In this document: one piece after another, positions 1 through 12,245 of the stretch
How positions within the stretch are numbered: the first letter of the stretch is position 1
Layout: each line of letters begins with the position of its first letter
Source of the DNA: Moniliella sp. 'wahieum'
Taxonomy: Eukaryota
Length of the DNA stretch: 64,000 bases
Assembly (NCBI GenBank): GCA_003971905.1
Contig: RSEE01000034.1
Coordinates: forward strand, 558,001 to 622,000
Direction: 5' to 3'
Position numbers and translations under genes: made by a program
The notes under the pieces: generated by a model
Seen by the model: the letters and a program-made list of their open reading frames with translations, nothing else
Databases searched by the model: none
What the model was told of the DNA's origin: nothing

Positions 1-280
1 CGTACAGGAGGATGATCGCAACGGTTGCTGACACCCCAAACACCATGCTTCCCGCTCCAAGCAAGGACCACTTCAACACCGGATGCCGTGCCAGAACGCC
101 GGGGCGGGGTGGCAGAGGAGGAGGCACAGCGTTGTTGGCTCCCCGCCCCGAGGTACTACTGAATGCCCGACAGAGCGAGGCGCGCAGTCCTGGGCGGGGA
201 TGTGGTGTATAGAGCGGAAAACGCGAGCCGAGAGCAAAGGCAGCATGCCTGCGAAGTACCGGAAGGCCTGTTGTTCGCAT
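1..280 (-). CDS. 5' end of a mitochondrially targeted membrane protein, possibly the 64 kDa external alternative NADH dehydrogenase type (runs off the window edge)
   Basis: ATG at 280 opens an uninterrupted frame to base 1: MRTTGLPVLRRHAAFALGSRFPLYTPHPRPGLRASLCRAFSSTSG...VLKWSLLGAGSMVFGVSATVAIILLY. It has an Arg-rich, acid-free presequence with RAFSST, then a hydrophobic segment ending LLY, like the N-termini of fungal NDE1-type enzymes. The ORF track misses it because it has no stop in the window. Confidence 0.5.
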   Translation of the reverse strand, partial: MRTTGLPVLRRHAAFALGSRFPLYTPHPRPGLRASLCRAFSSTSGRGANNAVPPPLPPRPGVLARHPVLKWSLLGAGSMVFGVSATVAIILLY

Positions 281-2059
281 GTCGGGGAGAGGATGAATGG
301 GAGATGAGAAGGGTTACAGGGGCAGGTCCAGGTGCATAAAACCTAAAAGGGCGCGCGGTCAATCCCAACCATGCAACCTCTCCTCCATGATCACTTGTCA
401 GGATCCCTGCAGATTCCAGAGCCTTCAGGCAGGCCCCACGCCCGCCTACAGGAGGCCTCAGGCCTCATCGACCTCTCACTCTCAGATCTCATCGAGGATC
501 CACCACAAAAGCAACACAAACTGTTCCACAGCTGCAATCTCGCCACGTATACACACGTTGGACGAGTTTTAGTAAACACGTTAAGCACGCTTTGGTCACA
601 ATAATATAGCTAGTACTTATTCGTCGTCACTAACAACCACGTGTCTCCCCGCACGGCCGCACCCTGCCACACCCCTTGCTTGCAACCTCCTGCGGGCCAC
701 CTGCACGCTCACGCCATCACTAGTCACTCGTTCTAACGTTCCCGGATCGCACCAAGCGCTTACCTATACTCCTAGGCGCACCAAGTAGTGCTCAGTTACC
801 AGTCACTAATCATTAATCACTAGCGACGAAGTCACGCTAGTACCATACTACCACTGACTCAGTATATAGGCCACACCGGATACGGTCGCCACAAAGCAAA
901 AGGCCCTGTGGGAGTAATTAGTAACGAGTAAAAATCAATACCGCGGCCCTTCTCCAACAGATCTCACACAGATGGTTTCAGATCCCCGACCAGGTCCCGT
1001 TTTTGGCCCCTCCTCTCCGGTCTCTGTCCCCTTCTTCGCCTCGGTATGCGCGCAATGTGCGTAACGCGTAACGGCACTTGCCGAGTGGGAGCGCACGATA
1101 TAGGAGCGTGGGGAGGTGTACTTTGTTTTAGTCTGTACTAAAATGCGCCGAGTTGGTTACGACGTATATAGTACGTGTGTGGGGGTCCTGCGCCCAGGAC
1201 TCACAGCAGTAGACGTCCAGCAGTCCTTCCAACCGCGCGCGCGTCGCTCAGCCGCTCAGCCGCTAAGAGCGTAATCAATCATCGACGACCACTGTACATG
1301 AGTATTTTAGTGTGGAGAGAGGTCACATCACAACCGCAGTAAATATACAATGCGGGTGCGGGGGTGCCTTCGAGAGATCTTTGCCTTAGGCCGATGTTGT
1401 TGGCCGATCGAGGGGGACAGCCTGCTACAGCAAGCATGGAAAGGCGCATGCAACAGGCTTTTGGGGCCAGTAGTATGGGATCTGAAACTGTCTTCGCTAC
1501 CAGGGTGTGTGTGGGGGGGGGGGTCTAGGACGTCTATAGGTCCATCTTCATATTAGTGCGTGCCAACACACTACGTGTGCACTACGTTTTCACACTTTCC
1601 ACCTCCACGTAATCCAGAGCTCCATTGCAAAACCGGGCGTTTGTGCATCGCGCTCGGACACAGAGAGAGAGGCCATGTGGCTGCATGCACCGCACGAGGC
1701 GGCAGTCAATTTGGTCAAACGCGCCTTTATGTGGAGCATCGGGCCATTGGCCACAACGCGCAATCCAGCGTCTCTCCACGATCTGAGATCTCTCAGAGCT
1801 CGTTTCTCTTTATAATCATCCGATCTCGTCACGGTGCGGCCGGCGAGGCGACTGGATGATCTGGAGAGAGGCGGAATGAGAGAGGCTCCGGCCCTTCAGG
1901 CCTGTGAGGGCCTGAGGGGCCTGCGAGGCTGATGTTTAAACTGCAGTCTCGCGAGGGAAGATCGGGGTGACGCAGTAACTCGTCAGCGTGTCAGCCTAGG
2001 CAAAGTGCAGGCTTATTAAAGCTTAACGCCAGGAGCGAGCAACGAATAACTAGTAACTT

Positions 2060-2101
2060 GGCAACCGGTAACTGGCAACTGGCAACTGGCAACTGGCAAT
2101 T
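2060..2101. repeat. Heptamer tandem array (GGCAACT)x6, imperfect
   Basis: ggcaacc ggtaact ggcaact ggcaact ggcaact ggcaatt, read directly. Confidence 0.9.
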
Positions 2102-2244
2102 GGGGAAAAGGCCAAAGGGTCTGGAGCCTAAAACGTTTAAAGCGCCGCCTGGTGCGGCTGTTGGAGATACGGAACAACACAGGGCAGAAGCATAGGTACC
2201 ACACCCCTTGGACACTGTGTTTCACATTTGCCGCCATTGCAACG

Positions 2245-2272
2245 TGCATCATGCATCATGCATCATGCATCA
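2245..2272. repeat. Heptamer tandem array (TGCATCA)x4
   Basis: Four perfect TGCATCA units, read directly. Confidence 0.9.
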
Positions 2273-3666
2273 GCGTACAGCGTGCTGCCGAACGTTCTCA
2301 CCGACCACCTGGACTTCAAGCTTCGGCGCTTCGCGCATCAGCTTCACATGCATTCTTCTCTCGGGCGCTCTCTCGGATCGGCCAGCGAGGGTCAGATCTC
2401 AGAGGCGCCCAGGAAAGACATGGCCGCTGTGGGCCGCATCACAGACATTCCACCACTGCCGGCCTGACACGCGTGACGCGCAAGGGTGCGTGACACCAAT
2501 CGGTTAGCGGCGGCCCGTAACCATAACGCGCATAACGCGTAACCCCTGGATCTGACTACCTGTGTGAAGCGCGCTACATCCACAGCTATTCCTCTTTCCG
2601 CTATTGCATCCCCGTCTGGCGAACGGGAGGTTACGAGTTACCGGTTATGCATTAGGCGTTCATCGCTTGAGGTTTACCGGTTACCAGCTATGGCAGATGG
2701 CCGTGTTCTCCTCTGCTTGGCAGAGCAGATGGAGAGGAAAAGATGGAGCATATGCACGTGATGTGGTTGCCAAAGCAGCCACAAAAAGTAGCTCAACTGT
2801 GGCACACATACACCTTGTTGTAGCACCACGGCGCACCCGACGCGATTTGACGCAGCCCCACCTTGAGCACGCCCTGCCCCTTGCCTCCCTTGCCTTTAGC
2901 ACGCCCCCCTAGTCCCGTCCAAAGGACTTGCGGCACCCCTATCACTGCGATTACCGAAATCTACCCGGGCAGTCAGAGGCGATGGGGCTGGCGCGCCTTG
3001 TGCCCCCCTCCCCCTGCCTTAGCCCACAAGATAGTCCACCTCGGGTCTTTTTGATCTCAGGGACATTCTGGTGCTGGCCCTTATTGTGCTAGCCTGATGG
3101 AAGGTACCAGTTCAGCTGTGGAGAGAGCCCTGAAGGGGCAGCCTGATCGTCCCGGGAGTCCGAGAGGCTACGACACACACAGACAAGGTCAGTGGGGGAG
3201 GTACGTCGTTGATGGGAGGTCGACAATAACACATGAAAAACCACAAACAAGATAGGGCCCAATTAGAAAACAATGAGCAGCCCTGACTCAAGGGGGAAGA
3301 AAAGAAGAACGAAGGAAGAATCTACCTCTTTGACATTTGGCCACCGGACAGACGCGCTGGGATGTAGGACCAAACGCGGGGCTGGGCTGGGCTGAGCCCG
3401 TTACTGCACCGACGAAGCGCAAATGCAGCAAAGCCAAAACAGGCCACACAACAGGGAGGGAGAAACAGAATGCGACTGATGGCGGTAGATCCTGCAGTCC
3501 AAACAAACAGATGAGGAACCGAATGAGCGAAAGGGGCAGCGCGGCGAGGGCGGAGGGGGGGGGGCGGATGGTTGGTGCTGCATCCATGGGGCAAAGGACA
3601 GGTACAAGCAAAGAGGAGGATGGAGAGCAGAGGGTAGTCCGGCAAGGGCGCAGCTGAGCCCAACGA

Positions 3667-4688
3667 TTAGAACGCCTGGTATCCAGCCTTGTTCAATCGT
3701 GGCACTGGGGGCGCCGAGGCAAGCGAATCGGTGGTTTCAGACGCGAAAAAGACAGGGTCCTTGACTTCCCACGAGGAAGTTTGTTGCCGACAGAGAATTC
3801 GAGGTCTTCCTTGGTAATGTCATCCCAGAACTTGTAGACCATCATGACGGCGAGAAGAATGGAAAGAACCCCAAAGAAGAGACCATCAACGTAGTGCTTG
3901 GTTCCCTTGCACTCGGGGCTGGCCGCCCATCATCAGCACCAGACCAATGACGTAAGAAGCCAGTGGCAAAGCACAAATCACCCAGAGGCCAGAGCGTGTC
4001 GAGGGTGCGGAAGACCAGCACAACTTGGCTCACCAACCAGACAGCGACAAACACCACGGGCACAATCATGTGCACCACGTACAAACCTGTCTGCTTGGTT
4101 GGGCTCAGTGCGCTACTCCACCCTTTGAATGTGGCTGCTGCGACGACAAAGCCAATAATCCACATCACGATCGTAGAACCATACACGGCCAAGATGGACT
4201 TGCGCGTGCCATCTTCCCATATCTGGAAACCAATCAAGCCATTTGCCATCAGACACCATGACATGGCAAGGACCAAGCCAACGTGCACCGCTACCAGCCA
4301 CCCGTATGCGCCTGAACTGGTGCGGACAATGGCCGAGTCGAGGAAGATGCCGAGGAGCTCCTCGATCGAATAGATGTAAAAGAATAGGCTGATCTCACGC
4401 CGCCCAATGGCGGTGTACTTGGTGTTGATATGGACCAGCATGATGGCAACCATGACGAGGGCACAGATGTGGATCACGCATGTAGCTGTGAGAGGAGGGT
4501 CAGTTGGCCAGGTGGGAAACGGAAGAAGGGGGGGGGGACACACCTCCTTGAAAAATGAGGGTGCTGCCAAATTGGATGTTGCGCGCATAGCAGGTAGGCG
4601 CAACGCCAGCTTCGGTGCCGAGGAGCGGACAGGGCAGGAGGGCGACCTGCTGGCAGGTGCCGTTGTAGCTGCCAATTTGGAAGCCCAT
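3667..4688 (-). CDS. CHS7: Chitin synthase export chaperone (Chs7 family), 7-TM ER protein
   Basis: [24 protein letters not shown]...CYARNI; intron 4543-4486 (GTGTGT..CTGAC..CAG); then [32 protein letters not shown]. After frameshifts near 3955-3900 comes [30 protein letters not shown] and WEVKD, ending at TAA 3669-3667. Confidence 0.93.
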
Positions 4689-5305
4689 GGCAAAAAGGGG
4701 GTCTGGGGAGAGGGGGAACAAACGAGCGGCCGGGACAGTGGGAGAAGGAGATGCAACGAGCGTCGAGACGGAAACGGAAAGCCAGACGAAGCGGCGGGGG
4801 AGAAGGTGGTGGTGGTGGTGGTGGTGTGAAGGCCAGGTGAGGTGAGGCTGGTGGTGATCGATGAAGAGCAATCATCGATCCGTGGTCAGTGGTTAGTGAG
4901 TCCGCCTTTGCTGGTGTTGGTTGGATGCGCATTGGGGCGGTCTGCATGAACGTGACGCGTGGCGGGCGGGAGACACTGCCGCTGTGCTAGAGATGCGCTA
5001 GGGGAGGCAGAACGGCAGTGTGCGAGCCGGGGCTGCTCCACCCAGCACCGCATTTAGAAATGGCAGCTGGGCCACTGTGGCGCGCTGCTAGGCGCCATTT
5101 TTGAAAGTGGCAAAGCCGGTTACGCGCCCACGGAGGCACGATTTCCTGCCCAGTGTCCCAGCAAGACCCAGCTGTGAATGTTAAACGTTTAACGTTACGT
5201 TGAACGATAGTCGATGACATCATTATTGGCCCCCACAAGCACAACCCCCACTGCCTTCTAACCAACACCAGCCCACAATCGGCTTCAGCAGCGCGCCAAT
5301 CCTTC

Positions 5306-6260
5306 TTAGAAGAACAGCAGCGGCAGAGACACCACCACCGGCAGCAGCAGCAGCAGCGGACTCGCCCCTTGCGTTTCCATGTCCGGCTCATCTTTGACTG
5401 CCTCGATCGCAGGTCGTTGATCCCATGGTACATCCACCTCCTTCATCGTCTTCTCCAGCTCGGCCCGGAACTCAGGCGCCGAGGTGATCTTGTACCAGTG
5501 CACATTGGCCACCCTAGGCCGCCCATCCGCCTCTCCGGCCTTCTCTATCACGCGTACCATCGAGTCGCCATAAACCTTGACCGATGTCACCTTGTCCTCC
5601 TCCAGCATCGACCGGATCTCGTCCCAGTTCAGCCGTCGTGATTCCTCCCCGGTACCGGGCATCATGAAGAAGAGGATAAGGCCAAATACCAGGAGGGTGT
5701 AGTGTTGCACCCCAGAGGAGGGGGGTCGGAGGGGTCGACCTCAGGACTAGCAGCTGGGTTGTTGGGTTGGCGCGCACCCGGTCCTGCGTCCGCCTTGCTC
5801 CCTTGCGCACGCGTACCACGCCTTGGATCTTGCCCTTCTTTTGCACTCGTATCTTGCGCCTCCGCCTTGTCCAGTTCCTCTTGCGCCTTTCGATCTAGCT
5901 CGTCTTGCTCCTTTGCCTCGGCCGCCAGCGCCTCATACGCACGCAACCGCTGCTGGATGATTTTCTGCTTTTCGTGCCATTGCAACCGATCGTTGTGCAA
6001 CAGTTTCCGCAGTTCCCCCCTCCTTTGCCTTTGAGCGTCTTTACAAACCCGGCCATTTTCGCTTCCTCCTCGGGAGACAAGCCGGCATGGGCAGGGCGAG
6101 AGGTGTGCAGCGCCGCCCTCGGCCCGGACCTCCCAGCGCCGAGCAGCACGTTCGACCCAGCCCGGTGCTGGCCAACCGCTCCCACAAACGGAAGCAAGCA
6201 CGGCAGAGCCTGCCCCGAGGGAGGCACCCTCCGCAACTGCGAGCCTCCAAAAGTGAGCAT
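5306..6260 (-). CDS. Mitochondrial inner-membrane protein resembling only the N-terminal (TM1-FtsH_ext-TM2) part of m-AAA protease subunits (Afg3/Yta12/paraplegin)
   Basis: Presequence-like MLTFGGSQLRR..RAALHTSRPAHA, a charged helical region, TM1 YTLLVFGLILFFMM, RRLNWDEIRSMLEEDKVTSVKVY..HWYKITSAPEFRAELEKTMKEVDVPWDQRPAI, TM2 LLLLLPVVVSLPLLFF, then TAA. Joining needs two frameshifts at homopolymer runs (~6015, ~5720). Confidence 0.62.
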
Positions 6261-6684
6261 GCTTGCCGTCGTGGTGGATGGGTCGGAACTGCACGCCGAG
6301 CCCTCCCACCTTCCGAGGCGACGGCCCGTGCCACTATTAATAACCGTTTAACCCAAATGCCCGCCCCGCACCAGGGCGGAACGGGCGGAACGGGAAGGGA
6401 GGACTGCTTACGGCCTACCTACCCTGTATTTTCCCCCTCCATTGTCCCTCTCCCACCTGCATCCGGAATGCCCATTGGGTCTGATTCTAACGCATGAATA
6501 TCCAGGCTGTTGACACAGCCCAAAGGATGGGTTAGGGGAAGCATCCCCACAGAGCGAGAAGGAGTAGGATGAATTGTAGGGAATGAGGCTAGCAATGATG
6601 GTATGGCTGGGAAGACCCCCCTGGGCATATGATGCAGAACAGCCGATTCATAGCAGCCATGATGAGGAGGCAGAGTGTCCTAGG

Positions 6685-9600
6685 TTAGCAGCTCACCTCG
6701 AGCCGTGAAGCGTGGACATGGACAGCTGAAGGAGTCGAACCGTGGATGTTGATGTGCATACTGATACAAAAGAAGGACGAGCGAAGAAGCGGAAGAACGA
6801 CGATCAGGAAACGCACCCGGCGTGCTGGCAAGCTGGGGCAGGAGCAACCGCTGGGCTGGAGGCGCTCCCATCTCCCGGCCCAGACGCTGGTTCGGTGGGG
6901 GGACTGGCATTCTCGTCGGCTTGTTGCGTGCGGTGTGGACTGGGTAGAACGATGGTGGGCGACGAGGTAGGCGAGGTCTCGGCGGACCGACTGGATCTGC
7001 TGTTCTTGGAACTCGAGCCAGGCGGTCAGCCGGTGGATTTCGGACATGGCAACGGTATGAACTCGAGTAGAGTCGGTGCACAGTCCATGGAACGCTGAGG
7101 CGACGGAAAAAAGGGAGGGGGAATGGCAGACTGGAGAGTGGGTTTCTCGCAAGAAGGATGCTTGAGTTGATGCAGGGTATGCTTCACCGCCTCTGCAACC
7201 ACCTGGTCATGCAGGCTTACTGATGTAGAGGGTACCGGGGCCGGGTCATGATGCGAAGACCGGGCCAGGGTAGCAGAAAAGGGATGAGCAACGAGTAAGA
7301 GAACCAGTAGCCCACCCACCAACAGCGAGATTGGCGATAGTTTTTCAATGTGCTCCACCAGCGCCCCCAGTAGGCCCGACACGGTTGGCCAACCGTGTCG
7401 GACGGAGGGGTAAGGAGCATTGTGCGACGAATGTGATCGGTCCTGTTCCGTCGTCGATGGATGTTTTTCGGTAGACTCAATGTCCAGATGCATCGGCTCG
7501 TCATCACCAGCGCCAGCAAATTCGCTCGGATGCTCCTCCATGTAGTGGCGGGATGTGTTGTCGAGGGCCTTGTAGTACTCTTTCTGACCATCAATCGACG
7601 CCTTGTCGATCACGCTTCTGAGGAAACTGCGCCCGGTCCACTCTACCCCACACGTAACCACCATCCGCGTCCGCCAGCCACCGTCCCAGGTAAGGCAGGT
7701 GCGTGTCTTGACCGCAAACGCTCCGCCCGACGGCACATACGGCGTGCGCGTCGTGGTGACTGTGGTGGTGTGCTGATCAAAATCCGCATGCGTCACCATC
7801 TCCTCAATCATGCATTTGGTTTGCTTGGGGCCGACGGACGCAGTCAGGGGCTTGATGTACGACACGGTGCGGCACAGTGATTCCGATGCAGCGGGACGGT
7901 TCCACGCTTTCAGCTCGACTTGCATCAGCTGCTGGTCTTCGACCAAGAATTCTTCATAAACCCCGAGGTAAACAGAAGATTGTACATCGTCTCCACACTT
8001 GCTGGGTACGTTTGGTCCATCACCACATTCGCATAGTGCTCCTTCCCATCTGCGCACCGGGTCGGGACGTGGGTGAGCGCACGCTGCCGATTCGTCGCTT
8101 GGGCAGGCAGTGACAAGGCTAGCGTTGACTTGGCCGCCCCGGTACCGGTACTGGCCATGGAGCCCGCGTGAGAGGGGTGGAATTGCCGTTCTGGCTCGCC
8201 GTCGCTCACCTCGATCAGGTCCGGACGGTGGTGATGGTGGATGGAATTCCTCAGCTTGTGGTGCAGGTGTCTGCGACGAGAAGACAGACGCCGTCGGATT
8301 CGGCTGGCACCCTTTTCATTCTCCTTGTCGTCATGCTGTGCGCCCGCCTCGCCATCTTCATCCTCCACCAATGGGTTGGCCAGTTTCCATAGCTGGACAA
8401 GTTTGGCGTACGCATCGTCCCGCGACAAAAAGGAGGCAAACAGGTACTGCGACAAGCAAAAAGACGGCCAGGGTAAGCAACGCGAAGCTCGCCACGGACG
8501 CAACATTGGCCTGCTTTATACCACATCGAAACGTACCTTTTCGTTGGCGGTCGATATCTGGATTCCATTCGGAATGATCAGCGCGGTCATCTTCTTTTCA
8601 ATCGCAGTAATCTCAGAAAAGGGTATGATGATGTTGGTGACCCAGCCAAATAGACTGGAAGTGAAGTACAGAGAGCTCTCGGCTGCGTACAGGTGGCCCG
8701 GGTGAAGAAGCTCATGGATCACAGCACAGCCAAAGTCTGGTAGGCGAAAATGAGTAAGAGTGAGTGCCGGTCCGATAGAGGTTCAGTAGAGGAGCAGAGG
8801 GAAACGGGACAAAGCAGTGCCAACGCACCTTCGATCAAATATTCGTCCTCGGGTGCCGTAGGGAATGCAGTGTGGAACTCGGCGTTGCGCTTGGACGAGA
8901 CGACGGAAAAATTGGTCAACATGCTTTCCATCGTCGTGGAACGACGCTTGAACCCATGCCGACTGTCCCACGAGTCACTTTCACTGTCATCCTTCTGATC
9001 GCCCACTGATGGGCGCGATTGGTCTTTGGCTGGAACAGAGAGAAAAAAAAACACATGAGCAAAGCCCGCATCGTCAGTGAACTACGCCCTCAGGATCCGT
9101 CAGCAAAAGAGAACCAACGCACACGTCCTGATCACTGTCTCCTCACTTGGTTCGGGATGGCGAGAGACCCGTGCATCCACCACGGATTCGTCCAGCGAAC
9201 GGGGGAAAAGAGAAGAGGACCGCTCCGAAGCCAGGCCGGGACGCTCTCCCTAATACTGGGCCGACGGTCCATACTGGCACGCGGAGAAGCAGCAGAGCCA
9301 GGCAAGACGGTGACCAAGCCCGAAACCGTGTCGTTGAAGCTACCTCGGCGGCGAGCCAGCGCCTTGGGCATACCACCCCTGCATGCCAGCGACCCCATCG
9401 ATCTGTCCCGCACCAGGGTGGCAGAAGAGCGCGAGGGGACCCCGTTCGGCGACGAGATGCTGCGTCGGGCACGGGGCACATATTCGGCCGATTGGCTCGC
9501 TCCACTCTCCCTCCTTGGCTGGTGGCTCGCACTTTTTGCTGGTGGCGGTACAGCCGGAACAGCAACGTCACCTTCATGCACCACCGCCGCGTCCACCTCC

Positions 9601-9927
9601 TCGTTCGGGTTGCCAGGGTTGGACAAAGTCAACGGTGGGGAGGCCGAGGTATGGAAGGTGGTGGCGGACGGTGTGTTGGACGGCGGGTTGGATGGTGGGT
9701 TGGACAGCGAGGGGGGCAGTGGCGTGGACGGCGGGGTGGGGGATGCTGTCCATGCGCCATCCGGGTCTGCTCGGGGCGGCCGGGGCTGTGGCGAGGGCCA
9801 AGGAGGGGGGGAAGTGGCGACGCGGGGTGTGCGTATGCGTGTGCGGGTGCGGCTCAAGGCTGCTGCTGCTGCCGGTGCCGGTGCCGGTGCGGGTGCTGCC
9901 AAAGAGGGCAGTGGGCCAGGAGGGCAT
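6685..9927 (-). CDS. GRAM + VASt (StART-like) domain sterol transport protein (Lam/Ltc/Ysp2 family)
   Basis: GRAM: SSKRNAEFHTAFPTAPEDEYLIEDFGCAV..HLYAAESSLYFTSSLFGWVTNIIIPFSEITAIEKKMTALIIPNGIQI..YLFASFLSRDDAY. VASt: RTVSYIKPL..GPKQTKC..TRTPYVPSGGAFAVKTRTCLTW..CGVEWTGRSFLRSVI. A C-terminal TM follows. Introns ~9146-9030, 8828-8737 and 8536-8447. Both ends are approximate because of frameshifts. Confidence 0.88.
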
Positions 9928-12245
9928 CCGATCCGCAGGCGGCAAGGATGGCCAGTCCGACGCGCAGCGGGAGTGGTGGCGCAGACGCAGACGCAGACGC
10001 AGGCGAGAGCGCGTGGCCAGCGGGACACGTCAGACGCAGGACGCGTGCAGCGCGCGGCGTGAGGCGTGAGTGGATGGCCATCGATGGTCCGTCGGTGCGA
10101 CGGGGGCTTACATGTGTGTGTTACACATAATGCCCAGCGCATAATCAAGCCAGCCCACTCGCTTCCAGCTTCCTCGGCAGCACCCATTCGATCGGCCAGA
10201 GGCCGTCACGCGTCGCGTGTAACCCCCATGCTACCGCCGCGGCGGAGCAACATAATGCATAACCGTCGATGATCATCGCTTTCAGGCGCGGGCGCTCAGC
10301 TTTTCATCCATCCGCTCATCCACACGCTCCCCCACCGGCCTCACACACACCCCAGTGCCCCCACAGCTTTGGGACCCGCGGAGGTGGCGGAAGGACTGGG
10401 TGCAGGAGGATCCTGGCGTACTGGGCGCTGAGCTCAGCTCAGCGCTCACTGCCAGGGCGCTCCGCTCCGCTGGAGCCGTCAGCGCGTCAGCTGGCGACGC
10501 TGCCAGGAAGGAGTTCTGCAGCTTGCCTGCTGCATGCCAGCAGCAGACACCCTCCGTTGGGCCGACCGGGAACCTATTTGCCACTTGCACGCAGGCTGCG
10601 CCACTACGTCATGGGCGTGACGTGCTAGAGACATAGCACCGTCCCACTTCCAGCTTCTCCACAGCCTCCTCAATATTCAATCTCTCACTGTACTCTCGAA
10701 CTCAGGGCCTTACAAGGTCCGCGTCCGAGTCATCGTTCTCACACTGAATACTCACTCACCACTGCTCACCTCACCAGTCTCACAATTCGCCGGGGATAGG
10801 TCACCACTCGCTCATTCACACTCGTATTCCCCACGCAGTACGCACTCAAGACTTGTCTTGACACAAGTATAGTCGTCGCGCCACTTGATCCTCTAAGATC
10901 GCCGGGCTGAACAATGTCTGTGGCGGGTCTGCGCGTGTAGTACGTCACTTGGGTGTTCGTTTCGCACCCCGCCTCATGTCCCACTGGAGAGACGAACTGC
11001 AGCTCCGTTTTGCATCCTCCTGCATTCCAAGATACCTCTCAACTGAATGCATGTCCGAGCCCCGAATGGAGCGGCGGACCCGCAGGACGGTGTCGGGGAC
11101 TACGTGGTTGGACTGCGTCTGTACTAGTACGATGGGATGAGCAGCCCAAGGATTTGGGGTGGGAACCTCGTTTGTAGAGCAGGGCACAATATGGCGCTGG
11201 TGGTGGTTGACCGGTTGGAGCTGTTGGGGCCTGCTCCCACCCCTGGCACCACACAGGGGTTCGAACAAAATCATGTGAAGCCGGCCGGCGTAAGTACTAC
11301 TGCTGCCTGTATGTTCGAAGGTCCAATCAGGCGTAGTATAAAGCGTAAAGGACGACACGGTAGCCGCCTCGGCTGATGGACGGGACGCAGGTCCCAATCG
11401 CTTCTTCTCGTCAGTGATGCCATGGAGCGCCGTCCCAGGCTGCTAGATGTTGTGACAAACCATAGTGCAGTACGTCCGGTCGCCCACAGGGAGGACGCCT
11501 GCAGAGTTCAACTTCAGAAGCACGGTGAATATTGAATCAAGTCCTGGTCCCGCGGACCCTCGCGTGGCGCGCCACGGCGTGGTGAACTCAGTACTCCAGC
11601 TTCAAGCCAAGCAGCGTCATCGATCATCGCACCAGCCGTGGGCGTCTACTGACGCGCAGCAACTCGGACCGCGGTTCCATACCAGAGGCGCACTAGTCAC
11701 TGTCTGTCCAGCGCACTGGTCCGGCGCCTACGAGTCCCACGGCCCACCATCAAACACCAACAGCGATCCGAGGGGGGGGGGGGGTAGCGGCGCGAGCCCC
11801 GCCCCCGATCCACACCAAAACGCAAACGCAAACAAGATATAGATGAGGGAATCCAGGGTGAAACTGACCGGCGCCGATCCTGCAGCGGGCCCAGCCCAGC
11901 CCAGCCCAGCCCAGCGAGCCAAGCCTCGGCGGTCGGCGCACGGCGGGCAAGCATCTGGCTGTGGGAACACGACGGCAGGAAGCGGCAAGCGGGCAAGCGG
12001 GCAAAGGGGCAAGCGGGCAAAGGGGTAAAGGGGGTAAAAGGGGGAACAGAACAAGGGAGCAACAGAGATGCGGCGTAAAGGGCCGAGCACGTAAACGAAG
12101 AAACTTGTGGGTAAAGGGTAAAGGATAAAGGGTAAAAGGTATAGAGGGCAGCAGAGAGGAGAGTCAGGCTGGGGAATCGAGGCGGCATGAATGGGGTACA
12201 GGGAGAAGACTAGGTAGCAAGATGGGTAGCGGGGAAAGGATGAGA

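Noticed and set aside
10766..11460. 150-aa minus-strand ORF / possible element remnant
   Set aside because: No recognisable motif, no ATG start and no splice support.
12109..12143. GGGTAAA repeats as interstitial telomere
   Set aside because: Neither the unit nor its reverse complement (TTTACCC) equals TTAGGG/TTTAGGG, and there are few copies.
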